64,000 nt of DNA from Thermoanaerobaculia bacterium (GCA_050186295.1 JBFWYP010000018.1:1590-65589), one strand, 5' to 3'. Counted from the stretch's first letter, positions 20,230 to 34,445 are shown. Notes: generated from the sequence alone by a model not told the origin. Program-made: numbers and translations.

Positions 20230-20799
20230 CTACCTGGACTCTTCGAAGACCATGTCGCGAGGGGCGTCGGGGTGGGCGGCGAGATGGTCCTCGTAGAGCA
20301 TGAGATAGCTCTTCCGCACCGCCTTCTCGACGTCGAAGCCGCAGCGCTTGGCGACCGCTTCGGCCTTGGAGCCTTCGAACTCGACGAAGTCGCCGATCGG
20401 CGTGTGATCGAGGCAGATCGTCTCCGACCCCAGACGCCACTCTTCGCGGATCTTCTGGTAGCGCCGTGTCACTTCGTACCCCAGGGCCCGGAACAGGACC
20501 AGCGCCTCCTCGGCGTCCTCGATCTTGATCTCGAGCTCCTTGCGCACCTTGACGGCGCCCTCGAACGCGGCCGGCCCCTTGAAGGTGATGAGCGCTCCCT
20601 GGCCGTCCTGGCGGACGCGCAGCACGCCGTTCGCGGCGGCCAGCTCACCGCCGCGATCGAGCAGCCAGTTGTCCTCGTCCGAGGGTGGGCCGACCCGCTC
20701 GCACTCGAGCTCGAGGAGCCGCGAGCGCAGCTGATCGAGATCGACGCCGGCGAACTTCAGCTCGCGTTCGATCGACGGCTTCTTCGTCGCGGCGGTCAT
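20230..20799 (-). CDS. CYTH domain protein (class IV adenylate cyclase/triphosphatase-like)
   Basis: ERELK, LRVR, ITFKGP, ELE, YQK.RE, FVEFEG. Confidence 0.88.
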   Translation of the reverse strand: MTAATKKPSIERELKFAGVDLDQLRSRLLELECERVGPPSDEDNWLLDRGGELAAANGVLRVRQDGQGALITFKGPAAFEGAVKVRKELEIKIEDAEEALVLFRALGYEVTRRYQKIREEWRLGSETICLDHTPIGDFVEFEGSKAEAVAKRCGFDVEKAVRKSYLMLYEDHLAAHPDAPRDMVFEESR

Positions 20800-22181
20800 T
20801 GGCTACCGAGCCGATCCAACAATCGTGCCACCGCCCGGATGCCGAGCCGGAAGTGACTGATGTTGAACTTCTCGTTCGGCGAGTGCAGCCGGTCGTCCTC
20901 GAGCCCGAAGCCGAGGAGGAGGACCGGTACCTGGAGCACGCTGGCGAAGGTGCCGACGATCGGAATCGATCCCCCGGTGCGGATCCGCACCGGCCGCCGG
21001 CCGTAGACGTCCTCGAGGGCGTCGAGCGCCGCGTCTGCGATCGCTCCGGTGGCGTCGACCGTGACCGCGTTGGCGCCGTGGAGGAACTCCACCTCGACCT
21101 TCACCCCCGGAGGCGTCACCGCCGCGACATGCGCCTTGAGCGCCTCGGCGATCTTCGCCGGCGTCTGGTTGGCGACCAGGCGGAACGAGACCTTGCAACC
21201 GGCGCGCGCCGGCAGCACCGTCTTCGCCCCCTTGCCCTGATAGCCGCTCCACATTCCGTTGACGTCGCAGGTCGGGCGCGCCCAGGTGCGCTCGACGTAG
21301 GAGTAGCCCTCTTCGCCCGGCAGGGCCGACACGCCGAGATCGGCGCGCTGCTCGGCTTCGTCGAACGGCAGTGCGGCGAACTCCTTGCGCTCCCAGTCGG
21401 CGAGCGGCTCGACGTCGTCGTAGAAGCCGGGGACGAGGCAGCGGCCGCTCTTCGGGTCGCGCAGGCTGGCGACGATCGTCGCCAGGGCGTTGGCAGGGTT
21501 CGCCACGCCGCCGCCGTAGGTGCCCGAGTGGAGGTCGCGGTTCGGCCCCTGGACGCGGATCTCGAAGTAGGCCAGCCCCTTCAGGCCGTAAGTGAGCGCC
21601 GGAACGCCGGGGGCGTACATCGACGAGTCGGAGACGACGACGCAGTCGGCGGCGAGCTTCCGGCCACCGTCCTCGCGCACGAACTTCTCGATCGCCTCGC
21701 CGCCGGCCTCCTCCTCCCCTTCGACGATGAACTTGACGTTGACCGGCAGCCGGCCGCGCTCGGCGAGGACCGCGCCGACCCCTTTCACGTGGCAGAAGGA
21801 CTGCCCCTTGTCGTCGGTGGCGCCGCGCGCCACCAGGAGGTCGCCCTCTTCGGTCGGCTCGAACGGCGGGTTCCGCCACTCGTCGAGCGGATCCGGCGGC
21901 TGGACGTCGTAGTGGCCGTAGAAGAGGACCGTCGGCTTGTCGGGACCGGCGGAGAGATTCTCGGCGTAGACCAGCGGATGCCCGGCGGTCGCGATCTTCC
22001 CGGCCGTCAGTCCGGCCGCCTCGAGCTTGCCGACCAGCCAGCCGGCGCAGCGATCGACCTCTTTGGCGTAGTCCGGATCGGTCGAGATCGACGGGATCCG
22101 GAGGTACTCCTTGAGCTCGTCCAGATAGCCGTCCTGCTCCCGCTCGATCCGGGCGAATACGTCCTTGGAATCCGTGGTCAT
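20796..22181 (-). CDS. M20 family dipeptidase
   Basis: YGHYDVQP, ARGATDDKGQ, EGEEE, DLHSG, HSPNE. Confidence 0.92.
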   Translation of the reverse strand: MTTDSKDVFARIEREQDGYLDELKEYLRIPSISTDPDYAKEVDRCAGWLVGKLEAAGLTAGKIATAGHPLVYAENLSAGPDKPTVLFYGHYDVQPPDPLDEWRNPPFEPTEEGDLLVARGATDDKGQSFCHVKGVGAVLAERGRLPVNVKFIVEGEEEAGGEAIEKFVREDGGRKLAADCVVVSDSSMYAPGVPALTYGLKGLAYFEIRVQGPNRDLHSGTYGGGVANPANALATIVASLRDPKSGRCLVPGFYDDVEPLADWERKEFAALPFDEAEQRADLGVSALPGEEGYSYVERTWARPTCDVNGMWSGYQGKGAKTVLPARAGCKVSFRLVANQTPAKIAEALKAHVAAVTPPGVKVEVEFLHGANAVTVDATGAIADAALDALEDVYGRRPVRIRTGGSIPIVGTFASVLQVPVLLLGFGLEDDRLHSPNEKFNISHFRLGIRAVARLLDRLGSQ

Positions 22182-22295
22182 GGCTCTTTCTTGAGGTCCG
22201 CCGCGGGTACCTTCCAGCGGGATCCGAAGTCTAGCAAACCGGAACCGGTGAGCGGCGCGCTCGCGGCGCCGGCGAACCGGATCGCCGCCCTCGCT

Positions 22296-22916
22296 TTACG
22301 GCCGGCGAACGCTCCGCAGCAGCGCCAGGAACGCCTCGCGTTCGGCCGCGAGGGTGGCGTCGGGACCGGTCAGCTTGAAGAACCAGGGGCCGCCCTCGCC
22401 CTCGACGACGGCGCCGAGGAGGCGCGAGCCGGGTTGCGGCGTCGCCGGACCCGAGCCCATCCCCGACGGCAGGAGAGTGCCACGTGCGTCGATCCAGGAG
22501 ACGCGAAATCCGCCGGCTTCGAAGTTGCCGCGCTCCGGCTTTGCGCCGCCGTCGGATTGCACCTGGCCCAACCAGCGTTCGAAGTTGTTCTCGACGCCGC
22601 CCCCCTGTCCGGGACCGAAGTAGAAGACCGCGAGCTCGCCCGCTCCGCCGGCGCCGGGAACCGTCGCCTGCGCGAGACGCATCGCCGACGAAGGGGTGTC
22701 ACGCTGCCAGGCGGCCGGGAGATCGAACGTCAGCCCGCTCGCGGCGGCCCCGGTGCTCTCCTCCCCGTGCGCCCGCTGCAGGGCGAAGCCGGCCGTGCCG
22801 CCGGTGCTGGACGGTTGTGTCGGCGCTGCTGTCGACGCAGCGGGCTCCGCCTCCTGCTTCGCGCAGGCCATCGTCAACAACAGCAGCAGGGCTCCGATCG
22901 TCGTTGTCTCGCGCAT
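22296..22916 (-). CDS. Hypothetical lipoprotein
   Basis: Lipobox-like LLTMAC; MRLA..GGGVENN..RW..Q and GPWFFKLTG segments. Confidence 0.65.
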   Translation of the reverse strand: MRETTTIGALLLLLTMACAKQEAEPAASTAAPTQPSSTGGTAGFALQRAHGEESTGAAASGLTFDLPAAWQRDTPSSAMRLAQATVPGAGGAGELAVFYFGPGQGGGVENNFERWLGQVQSDGGAKPERGNFEAGGFRVSWIDARGTLLPSGMGSGPATPQPGSRLLGAVVEGEGGPWFFKLTGPDATLAAEREAFLALLRSVRRP

Positions 22917-22925
22917 GGTCGACGG

Positions 22926-23564
22926 CTAGTTTTTCACATCGCCGGCCGCCGGACCGCCCGCCGGTGCGCTCGAGCCTTTCGCCAGGCGGAGCAGATTCAC
23001 GCCGTTGACGAGCACGTGCGCGACGATCGCGCCGCCGAGCGCCCCTCGCCAGGCGACGAGGATCCCGAAGGCGAGGCCGGCCGCGAGGGCGAACAGGCCC
23101 CAGACGCGGAACGCCTTTCCGGGGCCGGAGTGGAGCAGGGCGAAGACCAGCGCCGCCGGGAAGAGGCCGATGGTGTGCTGCAGCGCGCCGCGGAAGAAGA
23201 GCTCCTCGGCGAGCCCGGAGACGAGGGCGAGGGCGACCGCTTCGCTCCGCGTGAGCGGCGCCACCAGCCGCGCCAGCAGCTGCTCGAGCTCGCGCGCCAG
23301 TGCCGAGACCGAACGGAGCGCCCACCAGAACGCCAGGAGAAGGGCCGCGACCGCCAGCCCTGAACCGAGATCGATCCAGAACGTCGCCGGAACGACGAAG
23401 AGCGCGAGATCGATCCGTCCCCGCGCGACGCCGATCCAGAGAAGCCCGGCAACCGCGAGAACGAGGTAGAAGGTGCTCGCGATCCGGTAGAAGCTCCGGT
23501 GTCGCGGCGCACGCGCTCCGGACCCTCCGGGGGGGCGCTCCGGTTCGACCGACGACCCGTTCAC
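22926..23564 (-). CDS. CPBP (Abi/CAAX) intramembrane metalloprotease
   Basis: EELFFRG, FALLH, AH..VN motifs. Confidence 0.88.
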   Translation of the reverse strand: MNGSSVEPERPPGGSGARAPRHRSFYRIASTFYLVLAVAGLLWIGVARGRIDLALFVVPATFWIDLGSGLAVAALLLAFWWALRSVSALARELEQLLARLVAPLTRSEAVALALVSGLAEELFFRGALQHTIGLFPAALVFALLHSGPGKAFRVWGLFALAAGLAFGILVAWRGALGGAIVAHVLVNGVNLLRLAKGSSAPAGGPAAGDVKN

Positions 23565-23642
23565 CCGCCGATCCTAGCCGTCCGGAATCGAGCCGTGTCA
23601 CGAAATCGGACCCTCTCCCGTTCTTCCCGGGGAGGAGGTTCG

Positions 23643-24905
23643 ATGCGACCAACTGTCCTTTTCCTGCTCATTCTCTCGCTGATCCGGTCGGCGTCCGCCG
23701 ACTCTCTGCCCGGTCCGGACGCCTGGTCGGTCGACGCCATCGCCCTCGCGGCACCGTCCGGCATCGCGCCGGCGGCAGTCGATCACGACGATCCCTTCAC
23801 TCTCGCGGAAGAGGAACGTCGCGTGCAGGCCAACATCGTGACGCTCCGCGAGACGGGAAGATATCTCCCGCCCGCGGTCGGCGACGGGCTCTTTCACCCG
23901 CTCTTCGACTGGCCTCTCGAGGACATCCGCTCCGGCGGCTTCGAACCGTGGTTCGTCGGCAACTTCGTCGATCAGGATCCGGCCTGGCCGAACCAGGTCC
24001 TCGACTACGCCTGCGGCAACCGCACCTACGACACCACCGAGGGCTACAACCACACCGGGGTGGACATCGCCCTCTGGCCGTTTCCCTGGCGCCAGAAGGC
24101 CCGCGGAACAGTCGCCGTGGTCGCCGCTGCGGCGGGCCAGATCGTCGACCGGATCGACGGCAATCCGGACGACAGCTGTTCCCTCGCGGGCGGCGTCCAC
24201 AACACCGTCGTGCTCGCCCACGGTGACGGCTCGAAGAGCTACTACCGGCACATGAAGAACGGCTCGGTCACCGCCAAGCAGATCGGCGACACGGTCGCGC
24301 GCGGCGAACGGCTCGGCCTGGTCGCGAGCTCGGGAAACTCGACCGCCCCGCATCTGCATTTCGCCGCGCGCAACGATCTCGAGGAGCTCATCGAACCCTA
24401 CGCCGGTCTGTGCAACGCACAGGCGAGCGGGATCGAGTCGTGGTGGGTCGAGCAGCCTCGATACCGGCCTTACGCGCTGGTCGATCTCATGACCCACTCC
24501 TCGACGCCGACCATCCCTCCCTGTCCCGAGGTCGAGTCACCCCACTTCCGACGTCTCTTCGCGGCCGACGAGACGGTGGTGATCGGTGCCTACTTCCGCG
24601 ACACGACCCCGGAGTCCGGCACCAGTTTCGAGGTGCGCAGGGTCGACGGGACGCTCCACACCTCGTTCGTCGCCAACCACGCCACGACCCAGAACACGCT
24701 CGCCGCCTACTGGCAGTTCCAGCTGCCGACCATTCTGCTGCCCTCCTGGCGCGGTGCCTGGACGATCCGCGCCACCTCGCACAATGCACTGGGCGAGATC
24801 GTGGTGCGCGAGCGAACTTTCTGGGTCGGGGTGATCTTCGCCGACGACTTCGAACGGGTGAGCCTGACGGACGCCGGCTGGATTCAGTCTCTGCCGCTCC
24901 CCTGA
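23643..24905 (+). CDS. Secreted M23 family metallopeptidase
   Basis: GGAGGAGG SD, signal peptide, HTGVD, YYRH, SSGNSTAPHLHF; C-terminal IFADDFE. Confidence 0.85.
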   Translation: MRPTVLFLLILSLIRSASADSLPGPDAWSVDAIALAAPSGIAPAAVDHDDPFTLAEEERRVQANIVTLRETGRYLPPAVGDGLFHPLFDWPLEDIRSGGFEPWFVGNFVDQDPAWPNQVLDYACGNRTYDTTEGYNHTGVDIALWPFPWRQKARGTVAVVAAAAGQIVDRIDGNPDDSCSLAGGVHNTVVLAHGDGSKSYYRHMKNGSVTAKQIGDTVARGERLGLVASSGNSTAPHLHFAARNDLEELIEPYAGLCNAQASGIESWWVEQPRYRPYALVDLMTHSSTPTIPPCPEVESPHFRRLFAADETVVIGAYFRDTTPESGTSFEVRRVDGTLHTSFVANHATTQNTLAAYWQFQLPTILLPSWRGAWTIRATSHNALGEIVVRERTFWVGVIFADDFERVSLTDAGWIQSLPLP

Positions 24906-25489
24906 TCTCGCGCGCCGGCCGCGATCGTCCGCTGTTCGGTGACGACGAGCTGCATCGGGACGTCGTGCGGCTCGACCGGCAGCTCGTCGATGATCTGGCT
25001 CTCGAAGGCGAGTCCGATCGCGGGAAAGGGGCGGCCGGCGAGGAAGCGGTCGAAGTAGCCGGCGCCGTAGCCCAGGCGGTAGCCGCGCCGGTCGAAGCCG
25101 AGGCCGGCGACCAGCGCCACCTCGAGGGTCGAATCGACCTCTTCGGACGGAAGCTCGCTCTCTCCTTCGGCCGGCTGGACGAGACCGAACGAGAGCTGGT
25201 CGAGGTGGCAGGGGAACGGGTGGACGTGCATCTCGGTCTCCCCTCTCCGCACGCGCGGCACGTAGAGCCGCCGGCCGTCGTCCAGGAGTCGCTCGACGAG
25301 ACGCTGCGTGTCGAGCTCGCTGCCGAACGAGAGGCAGAGGAACACGGACCCGGCCGCAGCCACTTCGGGGAGCTCGAGGACGGCGCGGGCCACCGCCTCG
25401 GACGCGGCGTCGCGCTCCGGCGCCGGCATGGCGTCGCGGATCGCCGCGAGCTTCCTCCGCAGGAGCGCCTTCTCGGCCGCCGCGCTCAG
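24884..25489 (-). CDS. 5-formyltetrahydrofolate cyclo-ligase
   Basis: KALLRRK N-terminal motif, [26 protein letters not shown]; likely start is CTG at 25489, overlapping the gyrA TGA. Confidence 0.88.
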   Translation of the reverse strand: MSAAAEKALLRRKLAAIRDAMPAPERDAASEAVARAVLELPEVAAAGSVFLCLSFGSELDTQRLVERLLDDGRRLYVPRVRRGETEMHVHPFPCHLDQLSFGLVQPAEGESELPSEEVDSTLEVALVAGLGFDRRGYRLGYGAGYFDRFLAGRPFPAIGLAFESQIIDELPVEPHDVPMQLVVTEQRTIAAGARDQGSGRD

Positions 25490-27996
25490 TGAATCGTCGC
25501 CTGCGGTTCGCTGTCGCCGGGGGCGCCTCCGTCCTCCCCTTCGGGCAGCTCGTCGTCGCGCTCGACGACCTTGGCGATCGCCACCAGCCGGTCGTCCCCC
25601 TCGAGGTTGATCAGCCGCACCCCCTGCGTCGAACGTCCGATCTCGCGGATCGAATCGACCGCGGTGCGGATGATCATCCCGTCCTGGGTGATGAGGATCA
25701 ACTGGTCGCCGTCGGTCACCTTGGCCACGCCGACCACCTTGCCGGTCCGCGCGGTCACCTTGAGGTTGATGATGCCGAGGCCGCCGCGCCCCTGCTCGCG
25801 GTACTCGGCGATGTCGGTGCGCTTGCCGAGCCCCTTCTCGGCGGCGGTGAGGATGGCGCCCTCCTTCTCGAGGACCTCCATGCCGACGACGCGGTCGCCC
25901 TTGCGCAGCGAGATGCCGCGGACGCCGGTGGTCGCGCGCCCCATCGGGCGGCAGTCCGACTCCGGAAAGCGGATCGACTTGCCCTCGGCCGTGGCCAGAA
26001 ACAGGTCCTTGGTGCCGTCGGTGCTCTTCACCGCGAGCAGGCGGTCGCCTTCGCTCAGGTTGATGGCGATGATGCCGCCGGCGCGCGGGTTGCCGTACTC
26101 GGAGAGCGCCGTCTTCTTGATCGTCCCCTGCTCGGTGGCGAAGACCAGGAAGCGGTCCTCGGGGAAGTCGCGCACCGCGATGGTGGTCGCGATCTCGTCG
26201 GCCGAGTCGAGGTTGAGGAGATTGACGATCGCCTTCCCCTTGGCGGCCGGTCCGGCCTGCGGGATCTCGTGCACCTTCACCCAGTAGACGCGCCCCGACT
26301 GGGTGAAGACCAGGACGTAGCTGTGCGCCGAGGCGACGAACAGGTGCTCGACGAAGTCGCCGTCCTTGATCGTCATGCCGGTCCGCCCTTTCCCGCCGCG
26401 CCCCTGGGCGCGGTAGAGCGAGAGTGGCGAGCGCTTGACGTAGCCCGAGGACGAGACGGTGATCACCATGTCCTCGTCCGCGATCATGTCCTCGATCGTG
26501 ATGTCGTGCGCCTCGGGGATGATCTCGGTGCGCCGCTTGTCGCCGAAGCGCTCCTTGATCTCCTCGAGCTCCTTGCGGATCTCGCCCAGGAGGAGCTTCT
26601 CGGAGGCGAGGATGGCGCGCAGGCGGTCGATCAGCTGCAGGAGCTCCTGGTACTCGTCGACGATCTTCTGGCGCTCGAGTCCGGTCAGGCGCTGCAGCCG
26701 CATCTCGAGGATCGCCTCGGCCTGCACCTGGGTGAAGGCGAAGTTCGCCATCAGGCGCTCTTTGGCCTCGGGCGGTGTCTGGCTCTGGCGGATGGTGGTG
26801 ATCACCTCGTCGAGGTGGTCGAGCGCCTTGAGCAGCCCTTCGAGGATATGGGCTCGCTCCTCGGCCTTCCGCAGGTCGAAGCGGGTGCGCCGGATGACGA
26901 CCGTTTTGCGGTGGTTGAGGAAGTGGACCAGGAGCTCACGCAGGTTGAGCACCTTCGGCTGGTTGTCGACGATGGCGAGGAAGATGATGCCGAAGGTCGA
27001 CTGCATCGGGGTGAGCTTGTAGAGCTGGTTGAGGATCACCTCGGGCACTTCGCCGCGCTTGACCTCGATGACGATGCGGATGCCGTCGCGATCGGACTCG
27101 TCGCGGAGGTCGGAGATCCCCTCCACCCGCTTCTCGCGCACCAGGTCGGCGATCTTCTCGATCAGCCGCGCCTTGTTGACCTGGTAGGGGATCTCGGTGA
27201 TGACGATCGCCTGCCTGTCGCCGCGGCGCTGCGTCTCGACGCCGGCGCGGGCGCGCATCTGGATGATGCCGCGGCCGGTGGTGTACGCCTGCCGGATCCC
27301 CTCGAGCCCGTGGATGAACGCCGCGGTCGGGAAGTCGGGGCCGGGGATCGACTTCATCAGCTTGTCGACACCGATCGCCGGGTCGTCGATCAGCATGACG
27401 AGCCCGTCGCACACTTCGGAGAGGTTGTGCGGCGGAATGTTGGTCGCCATGCCGACGGCGATGCCGCCGCCGCCGTTGATCAGCAGGTTGGGAACTTTCG
27501 AGGGCAGGACCAGCGGCTCGACCTCGGAGCCGTCGTAGTTCGGGCCCCACTCGACGGTCTCCTTGTCGATGTCGTCCTTGAGCATCTCCTCGGCGATCTT
27601 CGACAGGCGAACCTCGGTGTAGCGCATCGCCGCCGGGTTGTCGCCGTCGATCGAGCCGAAGTTGCCCTGGCCGTCGACCAGCATGTAGCGCAGCGAGAAA
27701 TCCTGCGCCATGCGCACGACGGTGTCGTAGATGGCGTTGTCGCCGTGCGGGTGGTACTTACCCATCACGTCGCCGACGATGCGCGCCGACTTCTTGTAGG
27801 GCTTCCCGGCGGTGTTGCCCGCCTCCCACATGCCGTAGAGCACCCGCCGGTGCACCGGCTTCAGGCCGTCGCGCACGTCCGGCAGCGCGCGGCCGATGAT
27901 CACGCTCATCGCGTAATCGAGATAACTCCGCTTCATCTCCTCTTCGATGTCGACCTGCACCGGCCGCTCGAAGGGAAGGCTCGTGTTCTCGGTCAT
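25486..27996 (-). CDS. gyrA: DNA gyrase subunit A
   Basis: [23 protein letters not shown] catalytic Tyr, GyrA box QGRGGKG. Confidence 0.98.
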   Translation of the reverse strand: MTENTSLPFERPVQVDIEEEMKRSYLDYAMSVIIGRALPDVRDGLKPVHRRVLYGMWEAGNTAGKPYKKSARIVGDVMGKYHPHGDNAIYDTVVRMAQDFSLRYMLVDGQGNFGSIDGDNPAAMRYTEVRLSKIAEEMLKDDIDKETVEWGPNYDGSEVEPLVLPSKVPNLLINGGGGIAVGMATNIPPHNLSEVCDGLVMLIDDPAIGVDKLMKSIPGPDFPTAAFIHGLEGIRQAYTTGRGIIQMRARAGVETQRRGDRQAIVITEIPYQVNKARLIEKIADLVREKRVEGISDLRDESDRDGIRIVIEVKRGEVPEVILNQLYKLTPMQSTFGIIFLAIVDNQPKVLNLRELLVHFLNHRKTVVIRRTRFDLRKAEERAHILEGLLKALDHLDEVITTIRQSQTPPEAKERLMANFAFTQVQAEAILEMRLQRLTGLERQKIVDEYQELLQLIDRLRAILASEKLLLGEIRKELEEIKERFGDKRRTEIIPEAHDITIEDMIADEDMVITVSSSGYVKRSPLSLYRAQGRGGKGRTGMTIKDGDFVEHLFVASAHSYVLVFTQSGRVYWVKVHEIPQAGPAAKGKAIVNLLNLDSADEIATTIAVRDFPEDRFLVFATEQGTIKKTALSEYGNPRAGGIIAINLSEGDRLLAVKSTDGTKDLFLATAEGKSIRFPESDCRPMGRATTGVRGISLRKGDRVVGMEVLEKEGAILTAAEKGLGKRTDIAEYREQGRGGLGIINLKVTARTGKVVGVAKVTDGDQLILITQDGMIIRTAVDSIREIGRSTQGVRLINLEGDDRLVAIAKVVERDDELPEGEDGGAPGDSEPQATIH

Positions 27997-28029
27997 CGTC
28001 TCTCGCCAATCTTCCAGTGCTGCAGGAAA

Positions 28030-31630
<3,601 letters not shown>

Positions 31631-31646
31631 GGCGCGCCTCCGCCGT

Positions 31647-32762
31647 TCAGATTCTCATCGGCATGATGACGCAGAGGTAGCGCTCGCCGGCGACGCCCTC
31701 CCCCTCCGCCGCGACCGGCGAACCGACGCACTGACTGTTCTCGTCCTTGAGCTCGAGGTGGACCTTCGAGGTCTCGACGGCGTCGAGGAAGTTGCCGAGA
31801 TAGTCGGGGTTGAGGCCGATCTTGAGCGTCCCGCCGGTGATCTCGCAGGCGAGGCTCTCGGAGGCGTCGCCCAGGTCCGGATTGGCGGCGGCGATCGCCA
31901 CCTCCTGGTCGCCGAACTCGAGCCGTACGCCGCGGTTGCGGTCACCGGTCATGATCGCCACGCGGCGGACCGCGTCGAGCAGCGCCTTGCGGTCGACGAT
32001 CGCCTTCTTGTCGTTGCCGCGCGCGATGACGCGCTCGTAGTCGGGAAAGTTTCCCTCGAGGACGCGGCAGGTCATCTCCCGCCCGCCGACCGTGAAGGCC
32101 AGGTGGTGCTCACCGCGACGGAACGAGACCTTGTCGTCCCCCTCCATGCGCAGCAGCTCCTGCAGCGCCTTGCGTGGCACCAGTACCGAATCTTCTCCGG
32201 CGCCCTTGCCTTCGAGCGGCATCTCGACGAGCGCCAGGCGGTGGCCGTCGGTCGCCACCAGCTCGACGCTCTTGCCCTTGATCTTGAGCAGCGCACCGGA
32301 GAGCTGGAAGCGCGAGTCCTCGCCCGAGACGGCGAAGAGGATCTTACCCACCAGGCGGCGCAGGGAGGCGAGCGGAATCTCGAGCTTCGCCTTCGCCTCC
32401 ACGGTCGGCAGCGACGGGAAGTCGGCCGCCGGCAGGCCGTGGATGCGGAAGCGCGCCTTGCCGGCCTGGATGAGGAGCGAACGCTCGTCTTCGAGCGTGA
32501 TCTTCAGCTCTTCGGAGACCACCGAGCGCACGATTTCGGCGAACTTCTTGGCCTGCACCGCGAGCGCTCCGGGGCGGGCGATCTCGGCCGGAACCGAGCT
32601 GGTGAGCGACACGTCGAGATCGGTCGCCGCCAGACGCAGCCGGTCACCCTCCGCGGCCAGGAGCAGATGCGAGAGGACCGGAATCGTCGTGCGACGCTCG
32701 ACGATCCCCTGCATCGGGTTCAATTCCGAAAGGAAGGTGTCTCGCCGAACCCGCAGTTCCAT
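31647..32762 (-). CDS. dnaN: DNA polymerase III beta clamp
   Basis: TTIPVLS, ATDLD, ATDGHRL, FPDYERVI, IMPMRI. Confidence 0.97.
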   Translation of the reverse strand: MELRVRRDTFLSELNPMQGIVERRTTIPVLSHLLLAAEGDRLRLAATDLDVSLTSSVPAEIARPGALAVQAKKFAEIVRSVVSEELKITLEDERSLLIQAGKARFRIHGLPAADFPSLPTVEAKAKLEIPLASLRRLVGKILFAVSGEDSRFQLSGALLKIKGKSVELVATDGHRLALVEMPLEGKGAGEDSVLVPRKALQELLRMEGDDKVSFRRGEHHLAFTVGGREMTCRVLEGNFPDYERVIARGNDKKAIVDRKALLDAVRRVAIMTGDRNRGVRLEFGDQEVAIAAANPDLGDASESLACEITGGTLKIGLNPDYLGNFLDAVETSKVHLELKDENSQCVGSPVAAEGEGVAGERYLCVIMPMRI

Positions 32763-32986
32763 GTCTCACTCTCCGATGACGAACGAAGCGAAAGATTAAC
32801 ATAGCCGTAGTCGGTAATCGTTGCCCGCGCCTTTGCGGAAAAGGCCCGCCGGGCCACGGCCGCAAGGGGTTCCCGAGAGGGCGCTCTGCGGAAAGCGACC
32901 TGCGGAGAAGGGTGCAAAGGTGAGGAAGAAAACGCCGACTCTCCGCCCAGCGTTCCGATCCTCACAGCTTTTCGACAGCTTCTCCT
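32763..32986. other. Probable chromosomal origin oriC (dnaA-dnaN intergenic region)
   Basis: DnaA-box-like TGCGGAAAA 32834, TGCGGAAAG 32887, TGCGGAGAA 32901, TTTTCGACA 32969; on the minus strand a box is followed by a GC-rich spacer, trio-like ACGATTACCGACTACGGCTATG and AT-rich TTAATCTTT. Confidence 0.75.
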
Positions 32987-34309
32987 TCAGACGAAATGGC
33001 GGATCATCCCCTCGACCGTGCGGTCGAGCTCGGCGTCCGTCGCGCGCAGCTTGGCGATCTTCTCGACCGAATACATCACCGTCGAGTGGTGCTTGTCGTT
33101 GAACTGCCGCCCGATCTCCGGATAGGAGAGATTCGTCAGCTCCTTGCAGAGGAACATCGCCACCTGGCGCGGGAAGGCGATCTGCTTGGAGTTCGACTTC
33201 GACTTGATCTCGCTCACCTTGAGACCGTAGTTGCGTGCCACGAACTTGATGATCTCGGCGGCGGTCGCGCGACGGCCGTCGTCGGGAAGGATGTCCTTGA
33301 GCGTCTCCTTGGTGAGCTCGAGCGACAGCGGCTTGCCGGTGAGCGAGGAGAAGGCGGCCACGCGGTTGAGCATCCCTTCGAGCTCGCGCACGTTCGACTT
33401 GACCTGGTGCGCGACGAAGAGCGCGACGTCGTCGGGAAGCTGGACGCCGTCCTGGTCCGCCTTGCGGCGCAGGATCGCCACCTTGGTCTCGAGATCGGGC
33501 GCCTGGATGTCGGCGATCAGTCCCCACTCGAAACGCGAACGCAGGCGCTCCTCGATCGCCGGGATGTTGCGCGGCGAGCAGTCGGAGGAAAGGATGATCT
33601 GGCGCTGGCTCGTGTAGAGCGTGTTGAAGGTGTGGAAGAACTCTTCCTGCGTGCGCTCCTTGTTGGCGAGGAACTGGATGTCGTCGACGAGCAGCACGTC
33701 GATCGAGCGGTAGCGCTCGCGGAACGAGTGCATCGACTTGAAGCGCAGCGAGTTGATGAGCTGGTTCACGAACTGTTCGGCGGTGAAATAGAGGACCTTG
33801 AGGTCGGGCTGGCGCTTCAGGATCTGGTGACCGATGGCGTGCAGGAGATGGGTCTTGCCGAGCCCGACGCCGCCGTAGAGGAAGAGCGGGTTGTAGCTGT
33901 GGGCCGGACTCTCGGCGACCGCGCGGGCGGCGGCGTGGGCGAACTGGTTCGAGCTGCCGACGACGAACGTCTCGAAGACGTACTTGGGGTTGAGACGGTC
34001 TCCGAGCGGAACCTCGGGGCGCTCCGCGGTGCCGCCGCGGAGCGGCGCGCCGCCGCCGGTGCTCTCCTCGGTGACGATCGAGATCGAGAACAGCTCGTCG
34101 AAGAGGGCGGCGGCCTCGCGGTCGAGCGTGTCGCGGAAACTCTCTTCGAGTGTGTGCGCGAAACGGGCGTTGGGTGCCACGAGGACCAGGCCGTCGGCGC
34201 TCTCGCTGCGCAGCTTGAGCGGCGCGATCCAGGTGTTGAATTCGTCGGCCTCGAGCAGAGCGCGGAGGCGCTCCTGCAGGTGGCTCCATGTGCGCGGCGA
34301 CGTGGTCAT
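32987..34309 (-). CDS. dnaA: Chromosomal replication initiator DnaA
   Basis: YNPLFLYGGVGLGKTHL, LLVDDIQF, QEEFFHTFN, RLRSRFEWGL, NVRELEG. Confidence 0.98.
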   Translation of the reverse strand: MTTSPRTWSHLQERLRALLEADEFNTWIAPLKLRSESADGLVLVAPNARFAHTLEESFRDTLDREAAALFDELFSISIVTEESTGGGAPLRGGTAERPEVPLGDRLNPKYVFETFVVGSSNQFAHAAARAVAESPAHSYNPLFLYGGVGLGKTHLLHAIGHQILKRQPDLKVLYFTAEQFVNQLINSLRFKSMHSFRERYRSIDVLLVDDIQFLANKERTQEEFFHTFNTLYTSQRQIILSSDCSPRNIPAIEERLRSRFEWGLIADIQAPDLETKVAILRRKADQDGVQLPDDVALFVAHQVKSNVRELEGMLNRVAAFSSLTGKPLSLELTKETLKDILPDDGRRATAAEIIKFVARNYGLKVSEIKSKSNSKQIAFPRQVAMFLCKELTNLSYPEIGRQFNDKHHSTVMYSVEKIAKLRATDAELDRTVEGMIRHFV

Positions 34310-34312
34310 GGG

Positions 34313-34401
34313 TGCAGAAAAGTTTGAACAGGTTTTCCGCAGCTTGTGGAAAACCTGTCGGGTGCCCGGCGCAAATGCGTAGGAGCGGCGCGATCATAGC
34401 A
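34313..34401 (-). promoter_or_regulatory. dnaA promoter with inverted DnaA-box pair (autoregulation or bipartite origin)
   Basis: Inverted repeat ACAGGTTTTCC-GCAGCTTGT-GGAAAACCTGT (34328-34358) containing TTTTCCGCA and TGTGGAAAA; extended -10 TGCTATGAT on the minus strand at 34393-34401. Confidence 0.7.
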
Positions 34402-34445
34402 CCGCCGCCCGCCCGCCGAAGGGGCGGCGAAGGGGCGCGGACGGG

